64,000 nucleotides of DNA from Macrostomum hystrix (Eukaryota; Animalia; Platyhelminthes), in NCBI GenBank assembly GCA_950097015.1, contig CATNEN010000005.1:1054001-1118000 (forward strand), written 5' to 3'. Position 1 is the stretch's first letter; each line of letters begins with the position of its first letter. Shown in pieces: positions 9,796 to 22,900 of this stretch. The notes beneath the pieces were generated by a model, which did not search any database, was not told the DNA's origin, and saw only the letters and a program-made list of their open reading frames with translations. The position numbers and the translations under genes were made by a program.

Positions 9796-12658
9796 TGGTT
9801 GGAGAGCTCCCAAAAAACTGTGCAGCAGTGTGAGTGTTAAACTTGAAAAACTCGGTGAGATCTTCTTTTCTACGCTAGTTATATATATTATTTTCGTCAT
9901 TATCGGATTATTTCGATTATCGGATTTAGAAGGACTGCCAGAGTTTTCTTTACCCCTTTAGCCCGCCAAAGGTGACTACACCGACGTGACTCAATTTTTA
10001 ATAATGTCCTTTTCCAACTCCTTCAAAAAGTTTCAGGAAAACGCAGCTCACCACGTCACCTGAACTCACGTGCGTCGGTTGCGAGGACTATAATTTAAGA
10101 ATATCTTACTCGAGTCGTCCTTGCGCGGTTGACGCACTTCCAAGGCCGAGCCTTATCTCTTTTTACCTTTGGGTAACGATAGGGCCTCGTCGCCTATCGC
10201 GGTGTTCCGCTCCGACTAATAAGTATAGTAATTAATTAAAAGTTGCTTAAAACTGCATGGACTTCTAGTGCTACTATTTTCCACGAACAGAGTCTTGCAC
10301 GAGTAGTCTATGTTAGATTTTCGGTAACGTGAACTCTCTGAAATTCGATAGTGCATTGTTTTTGCCAATTTCTATTATGAGAAAGTGTGAAATCACTTTA
10401 TTCCTTACTTGAAAGGTACATTAAGCCGGCATTAAGCACAAAAAACGTTATCAATTACAATAATTATATCAGATGTCTTCAAGACTTTTTTAAAATTTAC
10501 CACTCGATACTAAAAATATAAACCAGAGAAAAGAAAACACCAAAAATCTAGTGGATAAAAAGCACACATTTGCTTTGTTTTAAATTAGCACTTTAAATTT
10601 AACATTACGTTTCCTCGCATTTATAAATCTAACCCGGCAGAGTCTCTTGGTCTGCTAAGTTCTTGCGGATGTACATTCACAGCTGTTTCGTGGCTAGCTT
10701 AAATGTACATTGTCATACCGAATGGCCAGCGTGCGTTTCATTTTATGGCATTTATAAAATTTTGTTATGTAATTGCAGCTTTGATAATGAATAAGAGTAC
10801 TTTAATTATTTTCCGAATCTCGGGCCAAAAAGGAAATAATGTACATGCTTACTTTGTCTTCAGTGTAGTTAAGGCCTAGTTAATTCAGTTTGTAAGAAAT
10901 ATTCATTAGCTCATACTAAGTATCACTATGCATATCAGCCTATTACTAGCTAAAAGGACCTATGCATATTTATTATTATCAATATCAGTTAGTGCCAGAT
11001 AAAAATATAACAGTGCCCAAATTCATTTTAATAGTTTTTTAATCAAGCCATATGGCCATCAAGACCAAGGGACAAGGGTCAAAACACTCATTAATAGAAA
11101 TCGATATTTCTAAGTAATATTTATTTGAGAGCCTGTCTCTTTATCAATACCAGCTAGGCCCTATTATATGCACCTATATACCAATGTCAGTATCGTGTGC
11201 TGGTGTACATGGAATGAAATTTGATTCCCTAGCTCCTGTACGCCAATGTATGCCAGCAGATTTATGTCGCTCACAAAAATACACCAAGCAAAATTTGCAC
11301 TTACTTACATTAACTTTATTGTATATTTTGTTCGCATGTATCTATCAGAAAAGGAATTATAAAGTCTATTAAGTTTACAACAAACCAACCAAAAAAAGAT
11401 TTTGAAAAAAGGTTGGTTAACAATGTTAAACAAAGTGTTGACAGTAAAAAAGTAATTTACTAAAGAAGATTTTTGTCTTTCAAACATTGTATATTTAAAT
11501 AACAAATAAAACGCTTAAAGAAAAATTTCAGCAATTGTTAGTACTGTACTTTTGGAAATTGACGTGATGTTGGTAGCAGTGGCAGAATTTTGAGAAATAT
11601 TATGCTGTCAATGTTATGCCATAAATGCCTTATGCCATGTTTTGCCGTTAACGCCATACGCCAAGTTACGCCTTTACACCAGAGATGGGTATATGCCAAG
11701 GCAGACTAGCCAGACTCCAGATTGTGATCTATTGTGACAGCCAGACTATGCAATGAGACAGTGCTAGTATAGGGTAATGTATCATCAACCAAACAAGAAT
11801 GTGTATTTTTTTAACTTCAAACCTAAGCTACAGATTTTCTATTTAAGATATGATTATAAATCAAAAGCCAAGTTATAGAAAACAGTTACATCTTTCTAAA
11901 AGTATCTGCTTTTGCTATTTTGTCAAATAGAAAAAAAGTTATTCCTGCTTTTTATCTAAAACCGAACAATGATTTTCATGTATCTTCAAACCAAACAGAG
12001 AATTTGATGTTTGGTTTTAAAATTTGAGTGAGTGGTTTAATCTTATTTTAAGGAGTGAACTATCATGAATTATGTCATTAGAAAGCATTTTTCATGCTCC
12101 AAAAATAACTACATTTATGGTCATTTAATTGGCAAGCAACCACATACAATCTTTGTTTAAAGTACATACTGAAAAAATGTTGTTAAAAAGTATGCTTTTG
12201 CAATAAAAATTTCTACTGAAACATCAATATCTTTCTTTCCTCTTAATGCTTCATTGCACATCATGCCTCAGATTGTAGATAATTTCTTCAACTTTCAAAT
12301 TAGTTGTTCTGTGAGACACAATAGCTTGTTTCTGTCTTGCACGAGACCAAGGAAGGAGTCAAAATTCTTGTTCGGTTTTGAAGATACACTGTTCGGTTGA
12401 TGATACATTACCCTAGCTGCACTCAAACTCTCCTAATCTCAGTCTAGGTGAGGTGGGGATGGTGTCCCCAACCAGCCAGCTTGCTAAGCTGGGGGGTTGG
12501 CAGACTTTCACACTACTTATTTGCACCGAGCCCTTGGCCCCTTAATCTTGCACTATTTTAGTATTTACTTAGTTTAGATATATAGTGCAGTAAGTCTAGC
12601 TATTTACTATTACTTATATTAGTGTTCTTGGCTCTAGTATTTTACTTTTAGTAGTGAG

Positions 12659-12939
12659 CATACATGCGCAACACCCGGCCGACCCAGCCGAACCGGCCGG
12701 GTGAAACAAGGGCCAAGCAAGGTAAGTTGCAAAAACCAATCGACCAAGCGCCAAAAAATCAAAGGGGGGACCAAGGGACAAAAAAGGAAGGCGTGAAGAA
12801 AAGGAAAAAGGGGAGAGAAAAAGAGAGCACATGAGAGCAAACTAAGTCGTAAATAGAGCAATGAAACAAACTAAGTCGCAAATGAGAACAAAAACTAAGT
12901 CGCAAGGCCGGCTAAGATTTGGGAGGTTGCGCATGTATG
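12659..12939. mobile_element. Non-autonomous DNA transposon (MITE, hAT-like), 281 bp
   Basis: 14-bp perfect TIR CATACATGCGCAAC (12659-12672; reverse complement 12926-12939) flanked by an exact 8-bp TSD GTAGTGAG (12651-12658, 12940-12947). An 8-bp TSD is typical of hAT (also P and Merlin). Confidence 0.88.
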
Positions 12940-13939
12940 GTAGTGAGCTTCTTAGGCCTAAACTTTAATTTAGCCTATAAGTCTTTATGGCCATGGGCTT
13001 GAGTTTTTATAACATTTTGTGTAAGCTGCATAGAATTGTTTGACTTAAGTTTTCTTTCTACATTAGGGGCCTATCATGTCTCTATATTGTGCTTTTTTGT
13101 TTAACTCACTTCAAGATTCGGAAGCTAGATAACCATAGTCAAGATCATGCTAGCCATTTGCCAGAATAAATTTGACATGCTTTCTTTATCTTATGCCAAA
13201 TTTGGCTAATTGAAAAAATGTCCCCAAAGCCTTATGCCAAATTGCCGGTCAAAAATGTAGTTAAAAAGTGGAAAAAAGGTTATTCAAATGATTGTTTGCA
13301 TTAAAATTGAATAATATATAATATAGCTCCAATGCATTGCCTTTGTAACATGTAAAAATATTAACTTTTTTAATAGTAACAAGCAACAAGAACACTAAAA
13401 AACAATCAAACAAATTTATAATGTTAGTCAACTTAATTTAATGAACAATAACATTATAAAAGTGGTGACCAAAGTTGTGTTAGTTCTTATGCCATCCATA
13501 TTTCACATTTGCAGGCCTACGTAACAATTAAAAACAAAATGGTATGTAAAATATCAGTTTAAAAAATGATTTACCTTTATGCCTCATTTTTTGCAAGCAT
13601 AAATTATATGAAATAAATTAATTTTTGATAGTTAGGCCTATTAATGCAGATCTTAGAATAAATATGAAAGTGCCACTCATTAAACTTACTTTTGTGTTAA
13701 TTTTATTTATTTGTTTTCAAGGAAAATTTTCAGGGTGATTGTATTTACATCAGGCACATTTTATCCATTTTTTCTGACCAACCTAGGCCATATATGCTAA
13801 CTTAATTGTGATAAGCTTCTATAAAAATATCAGTACTGGATTAAAAAAATTTATTTGTCCTTTTTATCAGTAACCGGCTCTGTTATATTAATATTAGTAT
13901 GTGTTGTTGTATCAATTTTGCATCGATTCTCACTTTCAG

Positions 13940-16900
13940 ATACTTGCAGACCATCCTAGCCTAGTAAGCGAATATTTAAGAAGCATGCTCAGTGGCTCAG
14001 GTGATAGGCCAATATGTGCCCCAATGCACTCATGGAGCGCTGAACTTCAAGCAGCATATCGCATTCTGCAAGACTTTCTAGGCTCCTCGCTGCGTCACGT
14101 GGCTTACGTGTTTATTAATCCAGTTGATAGTAGCGAGCCAGGCGCTGAAGATTATTATGAAAGGATTAAGGAGCCGATGTGTCTGCTCAAAAGTAAGTTA
14201 ACATAATACAAAAAAGTAAATTTTTATATTTTTAAACTGTGATTTTTGTAAAAATTGCAGTGAAAGAAAAGTTTGGCCAGTCAGTCTACTCGCAGATTGG
14301 CGACTTCGTATGCGATTTTCGTCTGATGCTATTTAACTGCTATGTCTACAATGGTGTCGACAGTCAGCTAGGTAAACTGGCTGCCAAGATGGAGACAATG
14401 TTCGAACAGAAGATTGGACTTCTGTCGAGGTATGCACAGTAGACAGTTAAATCTTAAAAATATATTTTTTAAATTCACTAGCTTAGCGCGCTAAAGATTG
14501 GTCAGGAATCGGAGCATTTGGTAGGTCAAAGATAGGTCAGGAATCGGAGCATTTGGTAGGTCAAAGATGGGTCAGGAATCGAGGATTTAGTAGGTCAAAG
14601 ATGGGTCAGGAATCGAGGATTTAGTAGGTCAAAGATGGGTCAGGATCGGATGATTTGGTGGGTCAGGAATCGGAGGATTTGGTAGGTCAAAGATGGGTCA
14701 GGAATCCTATGAGCTGGTGGGTCAAAGATTGATCAGGAATCCGAGGATTTGGTTGGTCAAAGATTGGTCAGGAATCCGAGGATTTGGTTGGTCAAAGATT
14801 GGTCAGGAATCGGAGGATTCGGTTGGTCAAAGATTGGTCAGGAATCGGAGGATTTGGTAGGTCAAAGATTGGTCAGGAATCGAGAATTTGGTAGGTCAAA
14901 GATGGGTCAGGAATCCTATGAGCTGGTGGGTCAAAGATTGGTCAGGAATCCGAGGATTTGGTGGGTCAAAGATTGGTCAGGAATCCGAGGATTCGGTTGG
15001 TCAAAGATTGGTCAGGAATCGGAGGATTTTGTAGGTCAAAGATGGGTCAAGATTTAATTGATTTGGTTTGGTAGGTCAAGAATCAGAGGCCTCAATGGGT
15101 CAAGGATGTGTCAGGAATCCGTGAATTCGTTGATCAAAGATGTGTCCCTGATTGGTAAGAGTTGGCGGGTCAATATTATTAGAAAACTTTCTATTCCATA
15201 ACTCAGAGATCTACGCGAGCGTTGCACAATCGGTGCCACAATGGGTGCGGCAGCTTTAGCCACCGTGCTAGACTCGCGATCCTATCTGCACGAGAATCCT
15301 GTTGGCACAGCTTCAACTAGCACTACTGGCGCATCGGCTGGTAATAGCGACGATCCGGCGGAATGGCGAGCGGCTAGACGCGCCGCGGCCGCCATGCGAG
15401 TGGTTGCCGGCACCGGTGGGGGCGGCGGCGGCGGCGGCAGCAGCATCGTCGGAGCTGGCAATCGCGAGAGCCTGCCAGTCCAGGCGATGGCTCGCGACAC
15501 CGAGGACACGCCGGCGACTAGGGAGGAGGCCAGTTTGAGGATTGAAGCCATTGTTAAACGCCTGCGTCGGTGGGAAGTTCGCCGACACGAGGAGCGGCTG
15601 CTGGTTGAGTTCGAGCCCTGGCGAGCGGACCTAACTACAGCCGAATCAGAGCACTGTCTGCGACATTGCGCCGAGTTGGCCGAAGTGGCGCACTTCCTGC
15701 TCATGATGGGACCAGAAATGCTGGCATTGCAGGCGTCCGGGCTGGCCGAGGTAATGGGCTATGCTTTTCCCTAAATCTCCCAGATCCAGTTTCATCCTCT
15801 GATTCTCTCAGATTTTCAGTTTCATTCTCTAAATCTCCCAGATCCCAAATTTTTTTATTCGGATCTACCAGATCCTCAGTTTATCATTCAAATATCCCAG
15901 ATCCTCAGTTTATCATTCAAATATCCCAGATCCTCAGTTTATCATTTAAATATCCTAGATCCTCAGTTTATCATTTAAATATCCCAGATCCTCAGTTTAT
16001 CATTTAAATATCCCAGATCCTCAGTTTATCATTTAAATATCCCAGATCCTCAGTTTATCATTCAAATATCCCAGATCCTCAGTTTATCATTTAAATATCC
16101 CAGATCCTCAGTTTATCATTTAAATATCCCAGATCCTCAGTTTATCATTTAAATATCCCAGATCCTCATTTTATCATTTAAATATCCCAGATCCTCAGTT
16201 TATCATTTAAATATCCCAGATCCTCAGTTTATCATTCAGATATCCCAGATCCTCAGTTTATCATTCAGGTATCCCAGATCCTCAGTTTATCATTCAAATA
16301 TCCCAGATCCTCAGTTTATCATTCAGGTATCCCAGATCCTCAGTTTATCATTTAAATATCCCAGATCCTCAGTTTATCATTCAGATATCCCAGATCCTCA
16401 GTTTATCATTTAAATATCCCAGATCCTCAGTTTATCATTCAGATATCCCAGATCCTCAGTTTATCATTCAAATATCCCAGATCCTCAGTTTATCATTTAA
16501 ATATCCCAGATCCTCAGTTTATCATTCAAATATCCCAGATCCTCAGTTTATCATTTAAACATCCCAGATCCTCAATTAAATCATTCAAATATCCCAGATC
16601 CTCAGTTTATCATTTAAATATCCCAGATCCTCAGTTTATCATTTAAATATCCCAGATCCTCAGTTTATCATTCAGATATCCCAGATCCTCAGTTTATCAT
16701 TTAAATATCCCAGATCCTCAGTTTATCATTTAAATATCCCAGATCCTCAGTTTATCATTCAGATATCCCAGATCCTCAGTTTATCATTCAGATATCCCAG
16801 ATCCTGATTTTATCATTCAGATATCCCAGATCCTCAGTTTATCATTTAAATATCCCAGATCCTCAGTTTATCATTCAAATATCCCAGATCCTCATTTTAT

Positions 16901-19900
16901 CATTCAGATATCCCAGATCCTCAGTTTATCATTTAAACATCCCAGATCCTCAATTAAATCATTCAAATATCCCAGATCCTCAGTTTATCATTCAAATATC
17001 CCAGATCCTCAGTTTATCATTCAAATATCCCAGATCCTCAGTTTATCATTCAAATATCCCAGATCCTCAGTTTATCATTCAAATATCCCAGATCCTCAGT
17101 TTATCATTTAAATATCCCAGATCCTCAGTTTATCATTTAAATATCCCAGATCCTCAATTAAATCATTCAAATATCCCAGATCATCATTTTATCATTTAAA
17201 TATCCCAGATCCTCAGTTTATCATTCAAATATCCCAGATCCTCAGTTTATCATTTAAATATCCCAGATCCTCATTTTATCATTTAAATATCCCAGATCCT
17301 CAGTTTATCATTCAAATATCCCAGATCCTCAGTTTATCATTCAAATATCCCAGATCCTCAGTTTATCATTCAAATATCCCAGATCCTCAGTTTATCATTT
17401 AAATATCCCAGATCCTCAGTTTATCATTTAAATATCCCAGATCCTCAATTAAATCATTCAAATATCCCAGATCCTCAGTTTATCATTTAAATATCCCAGA
17501 TCCTCAGTTTATCATTTAAATATCCCAGATCCTCCATTAAATCATTCAAATATCCCAGATCCTCAGTTTATCATTTAAATATCCCAGATCCTCAATTAAA
17601 TCATTCAAATATCCCAGATCCTCAGTTTATCATTTAAATATCCCAGATCCTCAATTAAATCATTCAAATATCCCAGATCCTCAGTTTATCATTTAAATAT
17701 CCCAGATCCTCAATTAAATCATTCAATTATCCCATATTCATTTGGATTCATTGGGTCCTCATTGTAATTATCAAAATGTTATTCTATCGTTTGTTATCCG
17801 CAGGCCCTGACAGTTCGTGAGATTCATCTGGCCCTACTATCGCCACAAAGCAGCGCCCTATTAACTGGCATTATGTGCGGGCTGTTTGCCAAATTGAAAT
17901 GCGGCTTAGCCAGAGCTACAAAGGATGCCGCCGCGGCCGCCGCCGCCGCAGCAGCCGCAGCCTATGGAAGCGGCTCGTCAAATTATTATTACAATCGAGC
18001 ACCTCTGCCAACTATTGTCTATCATCATTGGCACGATCGATTGAAGCAGCGAGTTGCCGCATTCTATCGACATCTAGCTAGTATTAACGGTGCCACTACC
18101 GTTGATTCTGCTGCTGATGCTGCTGCTGACAGTTCAGCTCAGCAGCAGTCGAATTTGGCAACCTGCAGCTTCTTGTGTCCGCAATTTGCCGACGTTGTTG
18201 GGCACAGAAATCCGTTAGAGATTAGAATGTATCACGAGTTGAGCTTGTTTCAGGTTGGCACACTGTCTGATTTATGTTTTTGTTTTGTACTAGGGCTGAT
18301 AGTTTTGTACATTCTGGGCTTTAGATTTTGTACATTCTGGGCTTCAGATTTTGTACATTCTAGGCTTCAGATTTTGTACATTCTGGGCTTCAGATTTTGT
18401 ACATTCTGGGCTTCAGATTTTGTACATTCTAGGCTTCAGATTTTGTACATTCTGGGCTTCAGATTTTGTACATTCTGGGCTTCAGATTTTGTACATTCTG
18501 GGCTTCAGATTTTGTACATTCTGGGCTTCAGATTTTGTACATTCTGGGCTTCAGATTTTGTACATTCTGGGCTTCAGATTTTGTACATTCTGGGCTTCAG
18601 ATTTTGTACATTCTGGGCTTTAGATTTTGTACATTCTAGGCTTCAGATTTTGTACATTCTGGGCTTTAGATTTTGTACATTCTGGGCTTCAGATTTTGTA
18701 CATTCTGGGCTTCAGATTTTGTACATTCTAGGCTTCAGATTTTGTACATTCTGGGCTTTAGATTTTGTGCATTCTGGGCTTCAGATTTTGTACATTCTGG
18801 GCTTTAGATTTTGTGCATTCTGGGCTTTAGATTTTGTACATTCTAGGCTTCAGATTTTGTACATTCTGGGCTTTAGATTTTGTGCATTCTGGGCTTTAGA
18901 TTTTGTACATTCTAGGCTTCAGATTTTGTACATTCTAGGCTTCAGATTTTGTACATTCTGGGCTTTAGATTTTGTACATTCTAGGCTTCAGATTTTGTAC
19001 ATTCTGGGCTTTAGATTTTGTACATTCTGGGCTTCAGATTTTGTACATTCTGGGCTTCAGATTTTGTACATTCTAGGCTTCAGATTTTGTACATTATGAG
19101 CTTCAGATTTTGTGCATTCTGGGCTTTAGATTTTGTACATTCTAGGCTTCAGATTTTGTACATTCTAGGCTTTAGATTTTGTACATTCTGGGCTTTAGAT
19201 TTTGTACATTCTAGGCTTCAGATTTTGTACATTCTGGGCTTTAGATTTTGTACATTCTGGGCTTCAGATTTTGTACATTCTGGGCTTCAGATTTTGTACA
19301 TTCTAGGCTTCAGATTTTGTACATTATGAGCTTCAGATTTTGTACATTCTGGGCTTCAGATTTTGTACATTCTAGGCTTCAGATTTTGTACATTCTGGGC
19401 TTCAGATTTTGTACATTCTGGGCTTCAGATTTTGTACATTCTGGGCTTCAGATTTTGTACATTCTGGGCTTCAGATTTTGTACATTCTAGGCTTCAGATT
19501 TTGTGCATTCTGGGCTTTAGATTTTGTACATTCTAGGCTTCAGATTTTGTACATTCTAGGCTTCAGATTTTGTACATTCTGGGCTTTAGATTTTGTACAT
19601 TCTAGGCTTCAGATTTTGTACATTCTGGGCTTTAGATTTTGTACATTCTGGGCTTCAGATTTTCTACATTCTGGGCTTCAGATTTTGTACATTCTAGGCT
19701 TCAGATTTTGTACATTATGAGCTTCAGATTTTGTGCATTCTGGGCTTTAGATTTTGTACATTCTAGGCTTCAGATTTTGTACATTCTAGGCTTTAGATTT
19801 TGTACATTCTGGGCTTTAGATTTTGTACATTCTAGGCTTCAGATTTTGTACATTATGAGCTTCAGATTTTGTACATTATGAGCTTCAGATTTTGTGCATT

Positions 19901-22900
19901 CTGGGCTTTAGATTTTGTACATTCTAGGCTTCAGATTTTGTACATTCTAGGCTTCAGATTTTGTACATTCTGGGCTTTAGATTTTGTACATTCTAGGCTT
20001 CAGATTTTGTACATTCTGGGCTTTAGATTTTGTACATTCTGGGCTTCAGATTTTGTACATTCTGGGCTTCAGATTTTGTACATTCTAGGCTTCAGATTTT
20101 GTACATTATGAGCTTCAGATTTTGTACATTCTGGGCTTCAGATTTTGTACATTCTAGGCTTCAGATTTTGTACATTCTGGGCTTCAGATTTTGTACATTC
20201 TGGGCTTCAGATTTTGTACATTCTGGGCTTCAGATTTTGTACATTCTGGGCTTCAGATTTTGTACATTCTAGGCTTCAGATTTTGTACATTATGAGCTTC
20301 AGATTTTGTACATTCTGGGCTTCAGATTTTGTACATTCTAGGCTTCAGATTTTGTACATTCTGGGCTTCAGATTTTGTACATTCTGGGCTTCAGATTTTG
20401 TACATTCTGGGCTTCAGATTTTGTACATTCTGGGCTTCAGATTTTGTACATTCTGGGCTTCAGATTTTGTACATTCAGTGCCTCAACTTTTGTACATTCA
20501 GTGCCTCAACTTTTGTACATTCTGGGCTTATAAATCTGTATATTAAAGATTTAAGTTCTGCAAAACCTGTTTCTAACTTCGCCCACACTCCAGCGAGTCC
20601 ACATCCTGAAGGCCCTAATCGACAGTCTCCTAGCTAAAGGCGAGCCGTTCGTTCGCGAATTGGACGAACGCTGCCAACCGGAGGACTACCGGGAAATTAT
20701 TCTGGGCGCTGTGAATCGCTGGGTCTACATTCGCCTAGAAGGCCTCGATCTGGAAGCTAAGCATTGGGTCTATCGCCGTGCGGAGTATCCCATTATCGAA
20801 TACTGCGTTCAGCCTCCCAAACCAGCAAGCGGTAGGAAGTCTGCGAAGTCAGGCAAGCTGGATACTCCGACAGCTGCTAAGACTGGTCGAAAACGCAAAG
20901 CTTCGGCCTCTGATTCGACGCCGGCTTCAACGCCGACGCCGGTTAAAACGACGGCGAAGTCGAAGGCTACGGCGACGCCGGCGACGGCAACGTCGAGACG
21001 GCGAGGGCGAAGATCGGCTAGTCCGATGTCAGCCGCTACGGTTGAAACGCCGAATCCTTCAGCTCCGACACCGTCGTCCAGGCGAGGCCGGCGATTGTTG
21101 AAGAAACCAGGCGTTGACGATGTCGATCTCGATGTCGATGTCGAAGGCGACAATAAAGTAGTTTCTTCGACGCCCCCGCCACCGGAGCTCATGCGGGAAG
21201 AAGGCGAGAAGGCTTCGCAGACAGCCGACATAGACGACAAAGCCAATGTTAAAAGCGGCGATGCTCCGGAACTTTGTCGAGCGAACGGCCAGGGCGATGA
21301 TTGCGCCGATGACGTTGTCATGGCAACCGCTTCAGCTTCGACGTCAGCTTCTACTGCGCCGGCTGCAGCTGGTGACGATTGCGAAGGCCTCGACGGCGAT
21401 GAAGATGTTAAAGTCGAGCTGGTGGACCAAGTCAAGGGCGAGGTCGAGGATGAAGACGACGACGAAGAAAGTGCAAAGAGACTTATCGAAGAAATGTATA
21501 AAGTCAATATTGAGGTGAGTGCCCTATCATTGGTCGTTTGTCTTTTAATTGATTGATAGAAACATATAGAGATGAAAAGTTTAGCAAGAGAATCGAGAGC
21601 TTTGTAGCTCAATGGTTTTAAGAGGTCCGAAGTTCGAATCTGAGGTCAGTGTAAACCCTTTTTTATCAGGGTTTGTAGCCTTGAAAGTCTGGTATTCGAT
21701 TCCCGACTCCACTGGAACAATTTGTGCCATTTAGCAAGACACTTAACTCTGCATTGCTTCAGTTCACCCAGCTGTTGAATGGGTACCAGTAATAACCGGG
21801 TGATAATTAATGGATGTGGAATTTAAACAATAAATCTGATGCCCTTGAGTAAGACTCATATATTATGTCTTTTTGAAGGGTGAGGGGCAGCACGGAAGGT
21901 CCCTGAGCTCGATTCCGCGGCGAGGCAGAGGCAGAGAGAAGGCTTTGGCGGTTTTTCGTGCAATTTGCGCCCTTGAGGGCCAACCTCCAAGTGAAAGTCA
22001 GGGCAGATGTTACACCCCTGTGTGTGAGTGTGCGCTCAGTAGTCAGCGAATTGGGCAGAATTGCCTCCTCGCTGGTTGCGGGTCTAGTGTCACTAAGTGA
22101 TGTGCCATTTCCCGCAGCCCTCCTGCAATTCTCATTTCTATTAATTACGTATCCTGACAAACTTTTTTTTGTTAATAAAAACTTCCCTCAGCAACCCGAC
22201 GCATCCGCGTTCGAACTAGTCGCTCAAAACCTGTCCGAACTGCGTTCTCTAATGCGCAATCTGCGTTCGGAATTGGAAGCATTGGAGAACAGCAAAGAGG
22301 ACTTCTCTACTAAGATGAGCATGCGAGGTCGAAAATCCAAGTCTGTTTTGTCGGTATGTGCCCACAATAGTGATTATTGTTATATCTCTAGTAAACTTTT
22401 TTCCCTTTATAAAAACTAACAATTATTATTGATTTTATAAGCAGGTTAATAGCGAAGTTCTAGATAGTGAAATCGCGGCCTACACTGAACTGATCGACGT
22501 CCTGACAGCGTTGGAGACTGATTGGGAAGCATCGGCACCTCGTATTAGTCAGCGAGACAGGCGCATGCGAGTGCGGGTCATGCACGAATTTCAGGAATTC
22601 AGCAAGAACCAGGTTGGATCACTTTTTTATCTACCTGTTCTAATCTGTCATAATGAGCTATGTTCAATACTTGTACTCTCCTTTTAAATTAGATTTAAAA
22701 GGTTTCAGATTTAAATAAGATAAAATTAAGCCTATATTTAAATCTAGATATCTTCCTGCCTACCTACCTTTCTGCTAACCTACCCGTCTACCAACCTACC
22801 TGACTACCAACCTACCTGTCTACCAACCTACCTATCTACCAACCTGCCTGTCCACCAACTTACCTATTTACTATCCTACCTGTCTACCAACCTACCTGTC

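Noticed and set aside
11610-11760. TATGCC-rich segment (similar at 13190-13240) as a transposon
   Set aside because: Suggestive short motifs only; no boundaries found.
17873-20637. Long ORFs with ILGFRFCTFWASDFVHS repeats
   Set aside because: Read-through of the 23-bp intronic minisatellite; only 17804-18253 and 20594 onward are exonic.
21605-21710. tRNA gene
   Set aside because: A- and B-box-like motifs are present but I could not fold a cloverleaf; it continues into a SINE core. The GTTCGAATC near 63967 likewise lacks support.
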